Virus record (IMG/VR): IMGVR_UViG_2703719286_000002 | Coordinates: 3,723 to 67,722 of that record | Length of the DNA: 64,000 nt | Source: a virus | Lineage: Duplodnaviria; Caudoviricetes | Strand: one strand, 5' to 3' | Shown here: positions 61,656-64,000 of the stretch, one piece after another | Layout: every line of letters starts with the position of its first letter | Numbering within the stretch: the stretch's first letter is position 1 | Program-made: the position numbers and the translations under genes | Notes under the pieces: model-generated | Told to the model about the DNA's origin: nothing | Database searches by the model: none | What the model saw: the letters and a program-made list of their open reading frames with translations, nothing else

Positions 61656-62036
61656 CTACGCCCCCGGCGGTCGCCTCTCGGCCTCGTGGCCGGCGAGCGG
61701 GCACAGGTGGGTGCTGCTGGGCTCGCGGCAGTGAGTACAGGTGTCGCCTTCCAGGTATGAACTGCGCTCATAGCCCATACGCTCGGCCTCTTGCGCCTTG
61801 TGGGCGTCGATGGCGGTGCGGGCTACTTCCAGCACCGCCTCGACGTGTAAGCCCTCGCTGTTGCTGATGGCTTGCTCCTCGTGAGCGATGTACATGCGCT
61901 CAAGCTCCGCCGTCACTGGTCCCAGCGCCTTCAGCAGCGTCGGCGGCTTGTCCTGGCAGTGCGGGCAGCCCAGGTTGTCGCAGTGCGGGCAGCCACCACC
62001 GGGCGGCAGTTGCACGTCAGGCTCGCGCGTAGTCAC
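61656..62036 (-). CDS. Hypothetical protein with CxxC motifs
   Basis: CPHCDNLGCPHC; coupled ORF. Confidence 0.5.
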   Translation of the reverse strand: MTTREPDVQLPPGGGCPHCDNLGCPHCQDKPPTLLKALGPVTAELERMYIAHEEQAISNSEGLHVEAVLEVARTAIDAHKAQEAERMGYERSSYLEGDTCTHCREPSSTHLCPLAGHEAERRPPGA

Positions 62037-62449
62037 GCCCCCACCTCCGCCTCTTTCAGCCGATCGCCCGAGCCCAGACCGCCGTCGTGCTCGCTCTCGG
62101 GGTGCGCTGCGTCGTAGCGGTCATCCCCTTCCGGCTGGCCTAACTCCTCGAACATCTTCTGGAGAACTTCGCGAGTGAGCGGGGACACCTTGCAGAGACC
62201 GGCGACGGCGTCTGTCACGTCGCCGAACCACCGACACTCGCCATCGGCCTCCCAGGAGTAGCCGAGGGTGTCGGCGATGGTGTGCATCTGCTCCCAGGAC
62301 AGGTTGCCGTCGTAGCCATCGAAGCTGCGAACGCCACCGCACTTAGGACAGACCATGTTGAGCCCGTTCAGGAGCCCAGAGATCGGGCGCGGCTCATGGT
62401 CATAGGCCCAGATCACTCGCTTGCACTGAACGCAGACGACCATGCTCAC
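62033..62449 (-). CDS. Hypothetical protein with CxxC motifs
   Basis: CVQC and CPKC; coupled ORF. Confidence 0.55.
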   Translation of the reverse strand: MSMVVCVQCKRVIWAYDHEPRPISGLLNGLNMVCPKCGGVRSFDGYDGNLSWEQMHTIADTLGYSWEADGECRWFGDVTDAVAGLCKVSPLTREVLQKMFEELGQPEGDDRYDAAHPESEHDGGLGSGDRLKEAEVGA

Positions 62450-62715
62450 GACGGCACCTCCTCGAACAGGTGCCAGACAAACGGCGGGTTCATAGTGGTG
62501 CCGACGTGGGCAAAGGTCGGCCCCTCTGGCAACGGGTGGCCGGTGCCCACGACGTGGAATACTCTCTCTTCAAGGCGGGCGTCCGTCTCTACCAATGCCC
62601 AAGTCATGGGTCGGTCCCCCTGCATATCGAAATGGACGATCTCCGCCCCGATAGGCATCCCCACCGATTGCTCCCCGCCGATGAGCCGAAGCGCGTACTT
62701 GTGAACGGTTCTCAC
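62446..62715 (-). CDS. Conserved small phage protein
   Basis: RTVHKYAL...TWALV......R.FHVVGTGH...YVWHLFE-type pattern; GTGA coupling. Confidence 0.6.
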   Translation of the reverse strand: MRTVHKYALRLIGGEQSVGMPIGAEIVHFDMQGDRPMTWALVETDARLEERVFHVVGTGHPLPEGPTFAHVGTTMNPPFVWHLFEEVPS

Positions 62716-63602
62716 GATCCCGCCTCCGCCTTCGCCAGCGCCCCGGCTGGTTGTAGCCCCGCCCACTGCCGGCACCACGGCGCCGCCCGACAGTAGGACT
62801 CGCAGCGCGTGTTGCCGCCCGGACGGTGCTCTATCTCCACCGGCACGGTCTGCCGCGATGCGAACGCCTCAGCGGAGGCCGCGTCGGTGTGAACGCCGCC
62901 GCTCATGGCTCTCTTGTTGCCCCTCTTCTTCACGGCCCAGACGTCCGGCTTGGCCCATCGGTCCTCGTCCGTGCAGGGCGGGAAGGAACCCTCCTCTCGG
63001 GCCTGCTTGTGCAGGGCCACGGTGTTCCGTAGCTGTTGCTCCGCGATGGGAGACGGCCACAGAGGGACGTTGACCGACATGAACGGGCTCGGCGGATAGT
63101 TGCCGCCTTCCTGGTAGCGGCCGAACGACCAGTCGCGCAGTATCGCAGCGATCCAGGCCTGCTCGACGGCGAACCCGTTCCGCTCGTAGAGGATGGCGTA
63201 GAAGTTGAGCTGCGCCTCCCAGTCGGGCTTGTCGCCGAGCAGGAAGCTCCAGACGGATGTGATCTTGTAGTCCTTGAGCGTGTAGGGCTCGACCCACAAG
63301 TCGGGCTGGCCGCTGACGACCCAGCCGCCGACCTCGTAGGTCAGGCGCTCCTCCTGCAGCGCGTTCTCCAGCCTGGCCGCGCCGAGGACCTGGTGAACGG
63401 CCTTGCCCAAGAGCCGCCAGAGGCCGTCGCTGACGTCCTCCTCGATCTCGTCCCGGTGCTGGTGCTCCAGGGCGACCATCTGGGGCGGGCGGATGAGGGT
63501 CGTCACGGAGATGTCGCCGACGCGCTTGTAGTCCTCGTCCATCCCCATGACGGCACGGGCGATCGCCTCGTCCACTCCATAGCGGTTTGTCCAGCGGGTC
63601 AT
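62712..63602 (-). CDS. PD-(D/E)XK exonuclease (lambda Exo/Cas4-like)
   Basis: ISVTTL, GKAVHQVL, E.RL...SGQPDL, LKDYKIT; C-terminal CxxYCxxxxWC. Confidence 0.85.
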   Translation of the reverse strand: MTRWTNRYGVDEAIARAVMGMDEDYKRVGDISVTTLIRPPQMVALEHQHRDEIEEDVSDGLWRLLGKAVHQVLGAARLENALQEERLTYEVGGWVVSGQPDLWVEPYTLKDYKITSVWSFLLGDKPDWEAQLNFYAILYERNGFAVEQAWIAAILRDWSFGRYQEGGNYPPSPFMSVNVPLWPSPIAEQQLRNTVALHKQAREEGSFPPCTDEDRWAKPDVWAVKKRGNKRAMSGGVHTDAASAEAFASRQTVPVEIEHRPGGNTRCESYCRAAPWCRQWAGLQPAGALAKAEAGS

Positions 63603-64000
63603 GCGTGCGCCTCCCTCCAGTCCCGCTCCGCCGTCCCCACCACGCGCTGTTCATCGACCGCGAGGTTCTCGGGGGCGATGTCCGGTGGCTTCTCGCCCAG
63701 CGGCGTCGTGCGCTGGGACAGGTGGCCGACGCGGCCGTACAGCGTCGTATCGAGCGCGGCCAGTTGCTCCAGGGCCTCCCGTGCGTCCCGACCCAGAACC
63801 TCTCCCGACGGCGCCAACATTGCCGCCACAAGGCACGTCCGTATCCGCAGCTCGATCAGCGCGTTCTCCGACCGGTTGAGCTTCCGCTCTAACAGTTCGA
63901 TTCTCTCCTGGGTGAGTTGCAGCGCGTCGGTAGTCTTTCCCAGGGCATCACCAAGGGTCTCGCCCAAGGCTTCGACCATCTTGACAGTGGCGTAGTGCAC
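63599..64000 (-). CDS. Hypothetical coiled-coil protein (start may be outside the window)
   Basis: ORF runs to the window edge; ATGA coupling to the nuclease. Confidence 0.5.
   Translation of the reverse strand: MHYATVKMVEALGETLGDALGKTTDALQLTQERIELLERKLNRSENALIELRIRTCLVAAMLAPSGEVLGRDAREALEQLAALDTTLYGRVGHLSQRTTPLGEKPPDIAPENLAVDEQRVVGTAERDWREAHA

Larger units (their letters stand above)
8052..64000. mobile_element. Temperate siphovirus-type prophage (right end beyond window)
   Basis: Complete head, tail, lysis, packaging and replication modules starting at the tRNA 3' end. Confidence 0.93.

Noticed and set aside
62712-63602. PD-(D/E)XK nuclease as a CRISPR adaptation Cas4
   Set aside because: Its context next to a RecT-like annealase fits an Exo/Bet recombination pair; no cas1 present

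Overview
High-GC bacterial DNA made almost entirely of two mobile elements that meet at a tRNA-Arg(CCT) gene (7976-8051). Left (start not visible to ~7930) is a PICI/satellite-like island: tyrosine integrase, divergent regulators, excisionase-like HTH, TOPRIM-D5/SF3 primase-helicase, an iteron-flanked origin and a TerS-like HTH gene. Right (8052 to beyond 64000) is a temperate siphovirus-type prophage. It has a repressor/divergent-promoter switch and two more tyrosine recombinases on +. On - it carries early, recombination and replication genes, two DNA methyltransferases, terminase, Mu-like portal/F/I head genes, a capsid-E type MCP, tail genes (paralogous tube proteins, -1 frameshift chaperone, TP901-type tape measure) and holin/amidase lysis genes. 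The strongest candidate for an unusual system is 46564-48015: a stand-alone Cas7/RAMP-like gene, a ParB-like HTH gene and a non-coding array of GGT-NN pentamers in two ~64-69 nt units closed by a hairpin. This looks like a VIPR-type RNA-guided locus rather than CRISPR. Other notable items are a phage csrA in the neck module with identical 4xGGA leaders upstream of structural genes, a glycosyltransferase/methyltransferase/B12-radical-SAM cluster inside the head module, a secreted subtilase next to the portal, and a leftward promoter that points into the tRNA/att junction. All calls come from reading motifs by eye; no database search was run.
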